In this document: positions 1 to 8,964 of the stretch, piece after piece | Numbering within the stretch: the first letter of the stretch is position 1 | Layout: each line of letters starts with the position of its first letter | Assembly (NCBI GenBank): GCA_035315345.1 | Contig: DATFYA010000095.1 | Span: 8,449-72,448, forward strand | DNA: 64,000 nucleotides | Reading direction: 5' to 3' | Source of the DNA: Candidatus Methylomirabilota bacterium | Lineage (GTDB): Bacteria; Methylomirabilota; Methylomirabilia; Rokubacteriales; CSP1-6 | Position numbers and translations under genes: made by a program | Notes under the pieces: model-generated | Databases searched by the model: none | What the model was told of the DNA's origin: nothing | What the model saw: the letters and a program-made list of their open reading frames with translations, nothing else

Positions 1-732
1 GCCGGTGTTCGGCGTGAGTCCGGCGTAGATGAAGACGCCGCTGGCCGGGATGGTGGCGTTCCGGCCGGTGCCGACGTCGGCGACCTGCACGCGCTCGACG
101 CCGTCGCCGCCCTCGATGGCGCGAACCACCGTGTTCCAGCGGAACGAGATCTTGCCCTCGCGGCGTCCGCGCTCCTGCAGGCTGGCGCACGCGCGCAGGG
201 TGTCGCGGCGGTGCACCACCGTGATCGACGAGGCGTACTGGGTCAGGTGCAGCGCCTCGTCCACCGCCGCGTCGCCTCCACCCACCACGACCACCGGCTT
301 CTGCATGAAGAAGGAGCCGTCGCACGAGGCGCAGTGGGAGAGGCCGCGGCCCACGAACGCCTCCTCGCCGGGAACACCGAGCGTGGTGAAGCGCGAGCCG
401 CTCGCCACGATCAGGGCGCGGCCGACGTGGGAGCCGCCGTCGGTGTCCACCTGCAGCAGGTCGTCTGCGCGGCGCACCGCGGTGACCTCGTTCATGGCGA
501 CCTGCAGGCCGGCCGCGGTGGCCTGCTCTTGCAGGGCGGGGCCCAGGGTGTAGCCGGCGACGCCTTGCGGGAAGCCCGGGAAGTTCGTGATGTGCTCGCA
601 GTTGAGCACCTGCCCGCCCGCGGTGAACTTCTCGATCAGGAGGGCGCGGCAGCGATCGCGGGCGGCGAAGAGGCCGGCGGTGTAACCGGCGGCGCCGCCG
701 CCCACGATCAGGACGTCGAAGACGTCCGCCAT
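1..732 (-). CDS. trxB: thioredoxin-disulfide reductase (5' end complete, 3' end cut by window edge)
   Basis: Not in the ORF track because it runs off the edge. Reverse-strand translation from the ATG at 732-730 gives MADVFDVLIVGGGAAGYTAGLFAARD (GxGxxG FAD fold). It continues with the redox-active motif GLSHCASCDGSFF and a second dinucleotide fold, KPVVVVGGGDAAVDEA. Confidence 0.85.
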   Translation of the reverse strand, partial: MADVFDVLIVGGGAAGYTAGLFAARDRCRALLIEKFTAGGQVLNCEHITNFPGFPQGVAGYTLGPALQEQATAAGLQVAMNEVTAVRRADDLLQVDTDGGSHVGRALIVASGSRFTTLGVPGEEAFVGRGLSHCASCDGSFFMQKPVVVVGGGDAAVDEALHLTQYASSITVVHRRDTLRACASLQERGRREGKISFRWNTVVRAIEGGDGVERVQVADVGTGRNATIPASGVFIYAGLTPNTG

Positions 733-742
733 GCGGCGGTCG

Positions 743-1249
743 CTAGGCGAGCTGCTTGAGCATCGTGTCGGCGTCGCTCACCTCGAACTTGCCGGGCGCC
801 TCGACGTTGAGCGCCTTCACCACCCCGTCGTCCACCAGCATCGAGTACCGCTGGGAGCGTACCCCCATGCCGCGGGCGGTGAGATCCATCTCGAGGCCCA
901 TCGCCTTGGTGAGCGCGGCGCTGCCGTCGGCCATCATGCGCACCTTGCCGCCGCTCTTCTGGTCCTTGGCCCACGCGCCCATGACGAAGGCGTCGTTGAC
1001 CGACACGCACCAGACCTCGTCGATGCCCTTGCCTCGGAGCTTGTCGATGTTGGTGACGTAGCTCGGCACGTGCTTGGCGGAGCAGGTGGGCGTGAAGGCC
1101 CCGGGCAGCCCGAACACCACGATCTTCTTGCCCTTGGTCAGATCCGACACCTGGAACGCGTTGGGGCCAACGGTGCAGCCCGGGGTCTCCTGCTCGATGA
1201 ACTCCGTGAGCGTGCCATCCGGCACGCGGTCACCGATCTTGATCGGCAT
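743..1249 (-). CDS. peroxiredoxin, Prx5/AhpC-TSA type
   Basis: ORF 743..1396(-). I place the start at the internal Met (MPIKIGDRVPDG), which is preceded by GGAGGAG. The motif VFGLPGAFTPTCSAKHVP is typical of Prx5-like peroxiredoxins. The gene sits next to trxB. Confidence 0.85.
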   Translation of the reverse strand: MPIKIGDRVPDGTLTEFIEQETPGCTVGPNAFQVSDLTKGKKIVVFGLPGAFTPTCSAKHVPSYVTNIDKLRGKGIDEVWCVSVNDAFVMGAWAKDQKSGGKVRMMADGSAALTKAMGLEMDLTARGMGVRSQRYSMLVDDGVVKALNVEAPGKFEVSDADTMLKQLA

Positions 1250-1565
1250 GGGTCTCCTCCCTCGAAAGCGGTTGTGCGACGTGATGGTTGCCCGCCGGCG
1301 ATTCAGCGAGCGGCGGCTAGGGTACCACAGCGCGGGCCGACCGCGCCCGGCCGAGCGGGAGGCCCGAAGAGGCCACACGGGCGCCGCCGTCTTCACGGTC
1401 GAATCTTCTCGGTAGAGTTGACTCGGGAGCTCTCCTCAGCAGACTCGCCGCGTCGTCGATCGTGCGAATTTGACTTCCTTCATTCGGCCGAACGCGCGGC
1501 ATGTCACTTGCTGCCCCATATCCCCGGTCATCATCCGCAGTGGGATGACTCCCAGGAAGATGCCC

Positions 1566-2429
1566 ATGAGCCCAGAGATTGTCCTCGACGTTACCCCCGG
1601 CGCCGCCGCGGTACCGCTGTCGGTGTTGAAGATTCGCGACGACGCGGCCACCGAGGCGCCCGATCACCTGGCGGTCGAAGAGCCATTGGAGATCCGGCTG
1701 GGCGGGATGGCGTTCACGGTCACGATGCGCACCCCCGGGCACGACGAGGATCTGGTCGCCGGGCTCCTGCACGCCGAGGGCGTCATTCGCTCGGCCGAGA
1801 GCATCGACGTCATCGGCCACTACCGCGGTCCGGACGGGAAGCCCGACGCCGGGAACGTGATCAACGTGATCCTGAAGGCCGATCTCCACGTCGCGCGCGA
1901 GCGCCTCCGGCGCAGCCTGGTCTCGTCGTCGGCGTGCGGCGTGTGTGGGAAGGTCTCGATCGAGGCGATCCGCACCGCCACCGCTCCGCTGGTCTCGACG
2001 GCCACGGTGGCCCCCGCGCTGTTCCCCCGGATCGCCGCGACCCTGGCCGCCGCGCAGCCGACCTTCCAGCGCACCGGTGGCCTTCACGCGGCGGCGCTGT
2101 TCGATCTCGAGGGCCGGCTGCTGGTCCTGCGCGAGGACGTGGGGCGGCACAACGCGGTCGACAAGGTCGTGGGACACATGCTGCGGACCGGGGACTTCCC
2201 GCTCGCAGACTGCATCCTCATGGTGAGCGGCCGGGCGAGCTTCGAGATCATGCAGAAGGCGTGGAGCGCGCGTATCCCCGTCGTCGCCGCGGTCTCGGCG
2301 CCCTCCAGCATGGCGGTGCAGTTGGCCCAGGCCGCCGGCATGACCCTGGTCGGGTTCCTCCGGGGCGGTGGCTTCAACGTCTATGCGGGAGCTCATCGAG
2401 TGACGACCGCGCTGCTGGAGCCGGCGTGA
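1566..2429 (+). CDS. fdhD: formate dehydrogenase accessory sulfurtransferase FdhD (copy 1)
   Basis: ORF 1470..2429(+). FdhD hallmarks: SSSACGVCGK, REDVGRHNAVDKVVG, MVSGRASFEIMQKA. The start is uncertain; the ATG at 1566 has AGGAAG 6 nt upstream, and 1545 or 1560 are also possible. Confidence 0.85.
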   Translation: MSPEIVLDVTPGAAAVPLSVLKIRDDAATEAPDHLAVEEPLEIRLGGMAFTVTMRTPGHDEDLVAGLLHAEGVIRSAESIDVIGHYRGPDGKPDAGNVINVILKADLHVARERLRRSLVSSSACGVCGKVSIEAIRTATAPLVSTATVAPALFPRIAATLAAAQPTFQRTGGLHAAALFDLEGRLLVLREDVGRHNAVDKVVGHMLRTGDFPLADCILMVSGRASFEIMQKAWSARIPVVAAVSAPSSMAVQLAQAAGMTLVGFLRGGGFNVYAGAHRVTTALLEPA

Positions 2430-2482
2430 TGACGACGCCCGGCCGGTCGGGCGCGCCGGACGCGCGCAAGGAGACGTCATCC

Positions 2483-5400
2483 ATGTTGCAAGTCACCCGT
2501 CGTGATTTTCTCAAGGTCGGCGCCGCCTCTGCCGGGGCCGCCGTCGGCGTCACCACCCTCGGCTTCGACACCGCGGCCGCCGTCGAGGTCAAGCAGACGT
2601 TCCGCATCGCGGGGGCCAAGGTCGCCCACTCGCTCTGCCCCTACTGCGCGGTGGGATGCTCGATGCTCGCCTACACCCGGACGGACGGCGCGGGCAAGAC
2701 CCGGATCGTGCAGATCGAAGGCGATCCGGACAGCCCGGTCAACGAAGGCCGCCTCTGTCCGAAGGGGGCGACGGCCATGCAGCTGGCGGTGAGCAGCCGC
2801 CGGGTGGAGAAGCCGCGCTACCGGGCGCCCGGGACCGATCACTGGCAGGAGATCAGCTGGGACCAGATGCTGGACCGCATGGCCCAGCGGATCAAGGAGT
2901 CGCGCGACGCGACGTTCGTGACCCAGGACGCCAGCGGCAACATCGTCAACCGCTGCGAGGGCATCGCCTTCGCGGGCGGCGCCGCCTTCAGCAGCGAAGA
3001 GGGCTACTTCGCGACCAAGATCATGCGCAGCCTCGGGACGGTCTTCATAGAACAGCAGGCCCGAGTCTGACACGGCCCCACGGTCGTCAGTCTGGCGGCC
3101 ACATTCGGGCGGGGCGCGATGACGAACCACTGGCGGGACATCAAGAACACCGACGTCATCCTCATCAACGGCGCCAATCCGGCGGAGGCGCATCCGGTGG
3201 GCTTCCAGTGGTTCATGAAGGCCAAGCTCGACCCCAAGCGCGGGATCGGGCAGGGCGGCGGGGCCAAGATCATCCATGTCGACCCTCGGTTCACCCGGAC
3301 GTCCGCGGTGGCCGACATGCACGCTCGGATCCGCACCGGCACCGACGTCGCCTTCTTCGGCGGGCTCATCAGCTACGTGCTGGAGAACAACCTCATCCAC
3401 CACGAGTACGTGCGCAACTACACCAACGCCTCCTTCATCGTGAAGGACGGGTACGGCTTCAACGACGGACTCTTCAGCGGCTACGATCCGGCCAAGCGGA
3501 TCTACGATACGTCGACCTGGGCCTACGAGGGCGACACCGGGGCGGCGTCCGGGCGCATGAAGCAGGAGATCGGCGCCCACGCCCACGGGCCCGTCCAGCC
3601 CGGGCAAGGCCCGGGGGGGACCGAAGGCGGTAAGGCTCAGGGCGGGGCGGGCGAGGGCGAGAAGGTCGGGGCGGGCGTGACCATCGCCAAGCGAGACATG
3701 CAGCTCGAGCACCCGCGCTCGGTGTTCCAGCTGATGCGCAAGCACTACGCGCGCTACACCCCCGAGGTCGTGTCCTCGGTCACCGGCATTCCCGCTGATC
3801 AGTTCCTCGAGATCGCCAAGATCGTCGGGGAGTGCGGACGGCCCGACAAGGTCATGACGATCGTGTACGCGGTCGGCCTGACGCAGCACACCACCGGCGG
3901 CCAGCTGATCCGCAGCGCGGCGGTGCTGCAGCTGCTCCTGGGCAACATGGGACGGCCGGGCGGGGGCATGAACGCCGAGCGCGGCCACGCCAACATCCAG
4001 GGCAACACCGACCACGCCATCTCCTGGGAGATCCTGCCCGGGTATCTGCGCATTCCCGCGCCCGGTCAGAAGAACCTCAACGACTACGTCTCGCAGAGCG
4101 CCCCGAAGAAGTTCGACGCCAACTCCTGGAACTTTTTCGGGACCAACTACCGCAACTTCATGGTGAGCCTGCTCAAGACGTGGTACGGCGACCACACCAA
4201 GCCCGAGAATGAGTACGCGTTCGACTTCATCCCCAAGCCGGCCACCAACTCGTCGTGGATCACCATCTACGACCAGGCGCTCAAGAAGAAGATGCAGGGC
4301 GTGATCCTGTCCGGCATGACCGCCACCAGCATCGGCCCGGACTCCAACCAGGTCATGCAGGCCCTCGCCAACCTCAAGTGGCTGGTGGTCATGGACGCGC
4401 TGCCCACCACCAGCTCGGAGTTCTGGCGGCGGCCGGGCGTGGATCCCAAGTCGATCCAGACCGAGGTCTTCATGGTGCCGTGCACCCACTGGATCGAGAA
4501 GGACGGCTCCTTCGTGAACAGCGGCCGCTGGTCGCAGTGGAAGGAGCAGGTGATCCCGCCGGAGGGCGAGGCCCGGCACGACCACTGGGTGATGGCCGAG
4601 CTCTTCGATCGGGTGAAGAAGCTCTACCAGCAGCAGGGCGGGAAGTTCCCCGACCCGCTGATGGCGCTGACCCTGGCGTACAAGGACCCGCTCAAGCCGG
4701 AGCTGGAAGAGCTCGCCAAGGAGATCAACGGCTACGACCTGACCACCGGCCAGCGCCTGGACACCTTCAGCAAGCTGAAGGACGACGGCACGACCACCGC
4801 GGGCGACTGGATCTACACGGGCTCGTATCCCGAGGCGGGCAATCTCGCCGCGCGCCGCGCCGGCATCCAGGACCCGGCCAAGAACGACCCGACCGGCATG
4901 GGCTTCTACCCGGGCTGGGCCTGGAGCTGGCCGCTCAACCGGCGCGTCATGTACAACCGCGCCTCGGCCGACCTCGACGGCAAGCCCTGGGACCCGACGC
5001 GGCCGGGCATCGTCTGGGATCCTTCGCAGCACAAGTGGACCGGCGATATCCCCGACTATCCGGCCACGATGGAGCCGCGCAGCCCGAAGGCGTGGGGGCC
5101 GTTCATCATGAACGGCGAGGGCGTGGGCCGGCTCTTCTCGGCCTCGATGCTCGACGGGCCGTTCCCCGAGCACTACGAGCCGATGGAATCGCCGATCCAG
5201 AACCCGCTGCACCCGAGCCAGTCGGAGTCGCCGGTGGCCTATCTCTACGACAAGGCGGCCGGACGCGAGAGCCGCTTCGGCACCGCCGCGGACTACCCGT
5301 ACATCGCGACGAGCTACCGCCTGACCGAGCACGAGCACTTCATCACCCAGCACGTGCCGTATCTGACCCAGCTCCAGCCCTACCCCTTCGTGGAGGTGCC

Positions 5401-5701
5401 CGATGAGCTGGCCCGCGAAAAGGGCATCGTGAGCGGCGACCGGGTACGGGTGTCGTCCAAGCGCGGCCGGCTCGAGGTCGCGGCCATCGTCACGAAGCGC
5501 CTGGGCGCGCTGACGGTGGGCGGCAAGAAGGTCTACCACATCGGTATCCCGATCCACTGGGGCTTCGTGGGCATCGCGGCGGATCGCGATCCGACCAAGG
5601 GGGCCAACTGGCTCGCCAACGCGCTGACCCCCTTCGTGGGCGACGCCAACTCGCGGACGCCGGAGTTCAAGGCGTTCCTGGTGAACATTGAAAAGATCTG
5701 A
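2483..5701 (+). CDS. fdnG: formate dehydrogenase (FdnG/FdoG-type) catalytic alpha subunit with selenocysteine (TGA 3068-3070 read as Sec) and a Tat signal
   Basis: ORFs 731..3070 and 3119..5701 are in the same frame and separated only by TGA. Read-through gives IEQQARV-U-HGPTVVSLAATFGRGAMTNHWRDIKN, matching the E. coli FdnG Sec context (QARVUHGPTVASLAPTFGRGAMTNHW). The N-terminus MLQVTRRDFLKVGAASAGA is a twin-arginine signal, and CPYCAVGCS is a 4Fe-4S motif. The C-terminus is PEFKAFLVNIEKI. AAGGAG lies upstream of the ATG at 2483. Confidence 0.9.
3071..3115 (+). promoter_or_regulatory. candidate bacterial SECIS hairpin downstream of the fdnG UGA
   Basis: GGUCGUC-AGUCU-GGCGGCC (3082-3100) forms a 7-bp stem (two G-U pairs) with a 5-nt apical loop about 19-23 nt after the UGA. 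It resembles the E. coli fdhF apical loop AGGUCU. An outer GCCCC/GGGGC pairing is possible. This was hand-folded only. Confidence 0.55.
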
Positions 5702-6488
5702 TCGCCTCGAGAGCGGGCCCGTCGCCGCTCCGCCGTGGGAGACGCGGCGGCGACGGGCCAGCGCGCTGCGCGACCGCTGGCCTCACGCGGAGGAGATGCT
5801 GCGCCTCTATATCGCGCTGCTCGACGTGCACGAGCTCGCCGCGCGCGCCGCGCTGACCGACCGGCCCGCACCCGACGGCCTGGCGGGCTACGTGGCCGAC
5901 CGGGTGATGCCGGCGGTCGTGGCCGCGACGGTGGCGGCGGGGCCGCCCGCGCTCGCTGGCGCGGTGCGGGGCGATCCTGGCCCGCGCGCCGCGGCGGTGG
6001 CCGCCTGGCTTGCCGGCGAGCGGCAGCCCGCGGTGGCGGAATACCTGGCGCGCGCCGCGAGCGCGCCGGTGCTGGAGAGCCTGGGCGACGCCGGGGCCCT
6101 GCCGCGTCCACGCCGGGAGGGGGGCTGCCCGCGCTGCGGCGGGCCACCGCAGCTGTCCTACCTGGCCGAGTCGGGCGAGCTTCTTCTCACCGCGCCGCGG
6201 CAGCTGATGTGCGCGCGTTGCGGCGGCTTCTGGGTCCACGAGCGTCTGAGCTGCGCGGGCTGCGGCGAGCGATCGTCCGCGGCGCGGTCGATCTTCTCCG
6301 ACGACGAGCGTCTGCCCGCCCTGTCGATCGAGGCCTGCGAGCGCTGCCGGCGCTACCTGATCATGGTCGATGGCCGGAAGGACCCCGGCGCGGTGCCGGT
6401 CGTGGACGAGTTGGCCGCGCTGCCGCTGGACCTGTACGCGCGCGAGCGCGGCTTCACCAAGATCGCGCCGAACCTGATGGGCATATAG
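5688..6488 (+). CDS. fdhE: formate dehydrogenase accessory protein FdhE
   Basis: ORF 5688..6488(+). It has four Cys pairs in the FdhE pattern: CPRCGG, CARCGG, CAGCGE, CERCRRYL. A TTG start overlaps the fdnG 3' end by 14 nt, and I found no alternative ATG upstream of the conserved N-terminal region. Confidence 0.75.
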   Translation: MKRSDRLESGPVAAPPWETRRRRASALRDRWPHAEEMLRLYIALLDVHELAARAALTDRPAPDGLAGYVADRVMPAVVAATVAAGPPALAGAVRGDPGPRAAAVAAWLAGERQPAVAEYLARAASAPVLESLGDAGALPRPRREGGCPRCGGPPQLSYLAESGELLLTAPRQLMCARCGGFWVHERLSCAGCGERSSAARSIFSDDERLPALSIEACERCRRYLIMVDGRKDPGAVPVVDELAALPLDLYARERGFTKIAPNLMGI

Positions 6489-6498
6489 GAGAGCAGAG

Positions 6499-7263
6499 AT
6501 GGCACGCACGGTCGGCTTCTTCACGGACACCACCCTCTGTATCGGCTGCAAGGCGTGCGAGGTGGCCTGCAAGGAGTGGAACCAGCTGCCGGGCCATCCG
6601 GCCACGTTCATGGACGGGTTCGACAACACCGGCCAGCTCGACGAGCAGAACTGGCGCCACGTGCAGTTCCTCGAGCGCGAGACGCCGAATGGCGGAGTGG
6701 CCTGGAGCATGATGAGCGACGTCTGCAAGCACTGCGCGCAGGCCAGCTGCATGGAGGTGTGTCCGACCCACGCGATCATCCGGACCGAGTTCGATACCGT
6801 GTTCATCCAGTCCGAGATCTGCAACGGCTGCCGCGACTGCATCGCGGCCTGCCCCTACCACGTCATCGGGTACAACGCGGACACCGGCCTGGCCCAGAAG
6901 TGCACGTTCTGCTACGGCCGGCTCCAGAACAACCTGGTTCCGGCCTGCGCCAAGGCGTGTCCCACCGAGTCGATCAAGTTCGGCGACCTGAGCGAGATGC
7001 GGCAGGTCGCGCGGGCCCGGCTCGAGCGCCTGCACGCCCAGGGCGTGTCGAACGCGCAGCTGTACGGCGAGACCGAATACGGCGGCCTGCACGCGCTGTT
7101 CCTGCTGACCGACAAGCCCGAGGCGTACCAGCTCCCGAACGCGGCCAACGCGGTGCTGCCGAGTCGCAACAACCTGAAGGGCTACCTGGGCTCGCTGGTG
7201 ACCGGCCTCGTCGCGGTGGTGGGAGCGGTCATCGCCTTCCGCCAACGCGGCCGGGAGGTGTAG
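6499..7263 (+). CDS. fdnH: formate dehydrogenase iron-sulfur beta subunit (4x4Fe-4S ferredoxin) with C-terminal TM helix
   Basis: ORF 6499..7263(+). Motifs: CIGCKACEVACKEWN, CKHCAQASCMEVCP, CNGCRDCIAACP, CTFCYGR...CAKACP. The hydrophobic tail is LGSLVTGLVAVVGAVIAF. AGGAGAG lies upstream. Confidence 0.85.
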   Translation: MARTVGFFTDTTLCIGCKACEVACKEWNQLPGHPATFMDGFDNTGQLDEQNWRHVQFLERETPNGGVAWSMMSDVCKHCAQASCMEVCPTHAIIRTEFDTVFIQSEICNGCRDCIAACPYHVIGYNADTGLAQKCTFCYGRLQNNLVPACAKACPTESIKFGDLSEMRQVARARLERLHAQGVSNAQLYGETEYGGLHALFLLTDKPEAYQLPNAANAVLPSRNNLKGYLGSLVTGLVAVVGAVIAFRQRGREV

Positions 7264-7265
7264 CC

Positions 7266-8141
7266 ATGGTCCAGCACTTCGTCGCGCCGCCGGAGTGGCA
7301 CTGGTACATCGTCTGGTACTTCTTCCTGGGTGGGCTGGCCGGGGGCGCCTACCTGATCGGCACGCTGCTGCGCCTGATGGGCGACGTCCGGGATCAACGG
7401 GTGGCGCGGCTGGCGTTCATGGTGGCGTTCGTCGCGATGGTGATCTGCCCGATCCTGCTCACGCTGGACCTGGGGCGTCCGAGCCGGTTCTGGCACATGC
7501 TCGTCGACGCCCGAACGGGGGGGCTGAGCTTGAAGTACTGGTCGCCGATGTCGGTGGGCGCCTGGGCCCTGTTCTTCTTCGGCCTCTTCGCCACGCTCTC
7601 GTTCATCGACGCGCTGGCCGGCAACGGCTGGCTGCGGCACCGGGCGGCCCGGAGCTTCGCCAATCTGATGACGGGCGCGCTGGGGGTCGTCGTCATGGCG
7701 CTCGGCTCGTTCTTCGGGCTCTTCGTGGCCGGCTACACCGGGGTCCTGCTCAGCGTCAGCAACCAGCCGGTGTGGAGCGACACGTGGGCGCTCGGGGGCC
7801 TCTTCCTGGCCTCCGGCCTCAGCACCGGTGCGGCCGCCCTGGCGATCGTGACCGGCCGGCGTGGCGAGGAGATCACCACGGAGGGCAAGCTGGCCCGGGT
7901 CGACCGGGTGTTCACGGTGCTCGAGCTGGTCTTGCTGGTCATCTTCTTCGCCACGCTCGGGACGCTCGCGGTCCAGCTGTTCGCACCTCGCTGGCTCGTG
8001 CTCTGGCTGCTGGTGGCCCTCGGTATCATCGTGCCGCTGGCGATGTCGCGTCGGGCGCGCCCCCCCGTGCTCGCCGCGTGGCTCGGGCTCATCGGCGCGT
8101 TCGCCCTCAGGATGGTCGTGGTCTTCGGCGCCCAGGCCTGA
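7266..8141 (+). CDS. NrfD/PsrC-family polytopic membrane (quinone-interacting) subunit
   Basis: Internal ATG at 7266 within ORF 6555..8141, 2 nt after the fdnH stop. The start is MVQHFVAPPEWHWYIVWYFFLGGLAGGAY, and there are about 8 predicted TM helices typical of NrfD/PsrC. It occupies the position where E. coli has the cytochrome b FdnI. Confidence 0.8.
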   Translation: MVQHFVAPPEWHWYIVWYFFLGGLAGGAYLIGTLLRLMGDVRDQRVARLAFMVAFVAMVICPILLTLDLGRPSRFWHMLVDARTGGLSLKYWSPMSVGAWALFFFGLFATLSFIDALAGNGWLRHRAARSFANLMTGALGVVVMALGSFFGLFVAGYTGVLLSVSNQPVWSDTWALGGLFLASGLSTGAAALAIVTGRRGEEITTEGKLARVDRVFTVLELVLLVIFFATLGTLAVQLFAPRWLVLWLLVALGIIVPLAMSRRARPPVLAAWLGLIGAFALRMVVVFGAQA

Positions 8142-8216
8142 CGTGTGGACAGGCCTGACGTGGTGTCAGGGGTGACGTGGTGTCAGGGGTGACATGGTGT
8201 CAGGGGTGACATGGTG
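8139..8216. repeat. 17-bp tandem repeat, about 4.6 units (TGACRTGGTGTCAGGGG)
   Basis: Units start at 8139 (degenerate), 8156, 8173, 8190 and 8207 (partial). Units 8156 and 8173 are identical, and 8190 differs by one base. The first unit's TGA is the nrfD-like stop, and the last unit's ATG (8211) is the next gene's start. Confidence 0.9.
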
Positions 8217-8873
8217 AAGATCGGCGTCCTGCTGCCGTCTCGATTCGCCGACGGCGCGGAGTACCTGGCCGACGCACGAGCCCTGGACGCGGCCGGCGTC
8301 GATTCCCTCTGGCTCCCCGATGACGGGCTCGACGCGTGGCTGATCCTGGCGAGCGTCGCCAGCGTGACCGGCGGCACGCGCCTGATGGTCCCGGTGTCCG
8401 ACGACGACATCGCCAGGCCGGAGGCCTTCGCCCGTCGGATCGGCACCCTCGACCGGCTGTCGCGCGGGCGAGTGCTCCTCACGGTGCCCGAGACCGGTCC
8501 CGCGCCGGTGGTAGAGGCCGCGATCGGCTGTGTCCGCCGGTGCGGGCCGCAGCCGGTGTTCCTTCGGTCGGCCGGGAACGGCCTCGCCATCGCCACGCGG
8601 CTGACCGACGGTCTGCTCGTGGCGGGCGAGGTTCCGGGAGCGAGCCGGGCGCAGATCGCGGCAGCGCGGACGCAGCGGCCCGACGACCCCTTCGAGATCT
8701 GGGCCCGGATCCCGAGGCCCGAGGGACGGGAAGACTGGCGCCGGCTCATTCACGCCGGGACGGAGGCCGGCGCCACCGGCGTGCTGGTGCCCGCGGACCC
8801 GCGGCTGCTCGATCTGCTGCGAAACGGGGACGAGGAGGACGACCGCTCCGATCTCGCGCTCGCCCAGGGCTGA
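8211..8873 (+). CDS. short LLM-class (luciferase-like) flavin/F420-dependent oxidoreductase-like protein
   Basis: ORF 8211..8873(+). MVKIGVLLPS...LDAAGVDSLWLPDD...LDRLSRGRVLL follows the LLM N-terminal pattern. At 220 aa the protein is shorter than usual for the family. Confidence 0.45.
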   Translation: MVKIGVLLPSRFADGAEYLADARALDAAGVDSLWLPDDGLDAWLILASVASVTGGTRLMVPVSDDDIARPEAFARRIGTLDRLSRGRVLLTVPETGPAPVVEAAIGCVRRCGPQPVFLRSAGNGLAIATRLTDGLLVAGEVPGASRAQIAAARTQRPDDPFEIWARIPRPEGREDWRRLIHAGTEAGATGVLVPADPRLLDLLRNGDEEDDRSDLALAQG

Positions 8874-8964
8874 CTCACCGCCAGCGCTCGCGGTCGCCGG
8901 TCGGTCTTCATATCGCGGTCGGACCCGCATCGACCGTCCTCTGATATATATAGGTCTCGTCCCG

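Noticed and set aside
1250-1565. A Moco/Wco riboswitch upstream of fdhD-fdnG, tupA (17810-17908) or modA (21260-21310).
   Set aside because: The tupA and modA leaders are shorter than the roughly 130-150-nt motif, and I could not recognise its conserved blocks by eye in any of the three regions. An Rfam cmsearch would settle it.
2477-5557. Very long ORFs antisense to, or out of frame with, well-supported genes. Examples: 2477..5557(-) 1026 aa; 9908..13849(+) 1313 aa; 34040..38563(-) 1507 aa; 13846..15630(-); 14589..16367(+); 57848..59788(-); 62581..63918(-).
   Set aside because: Their translations are Arg/Ala/Gly/Pro-rich low-complexity strings with no recognisable motifs. Each lies opposite or offset to a gene with clear family signatures. 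Long spurious ORFs are expected in very GC-rich DNA, where stop codons are rare.
8139-8216. Whether the 17-bp repeat array is a CRISPR array.
   Set aside because: The units are contiguous with no spacers, they are too short, there are only about 4.6 copies, and no cas genes are nearby. It is a simple tandem repeat.
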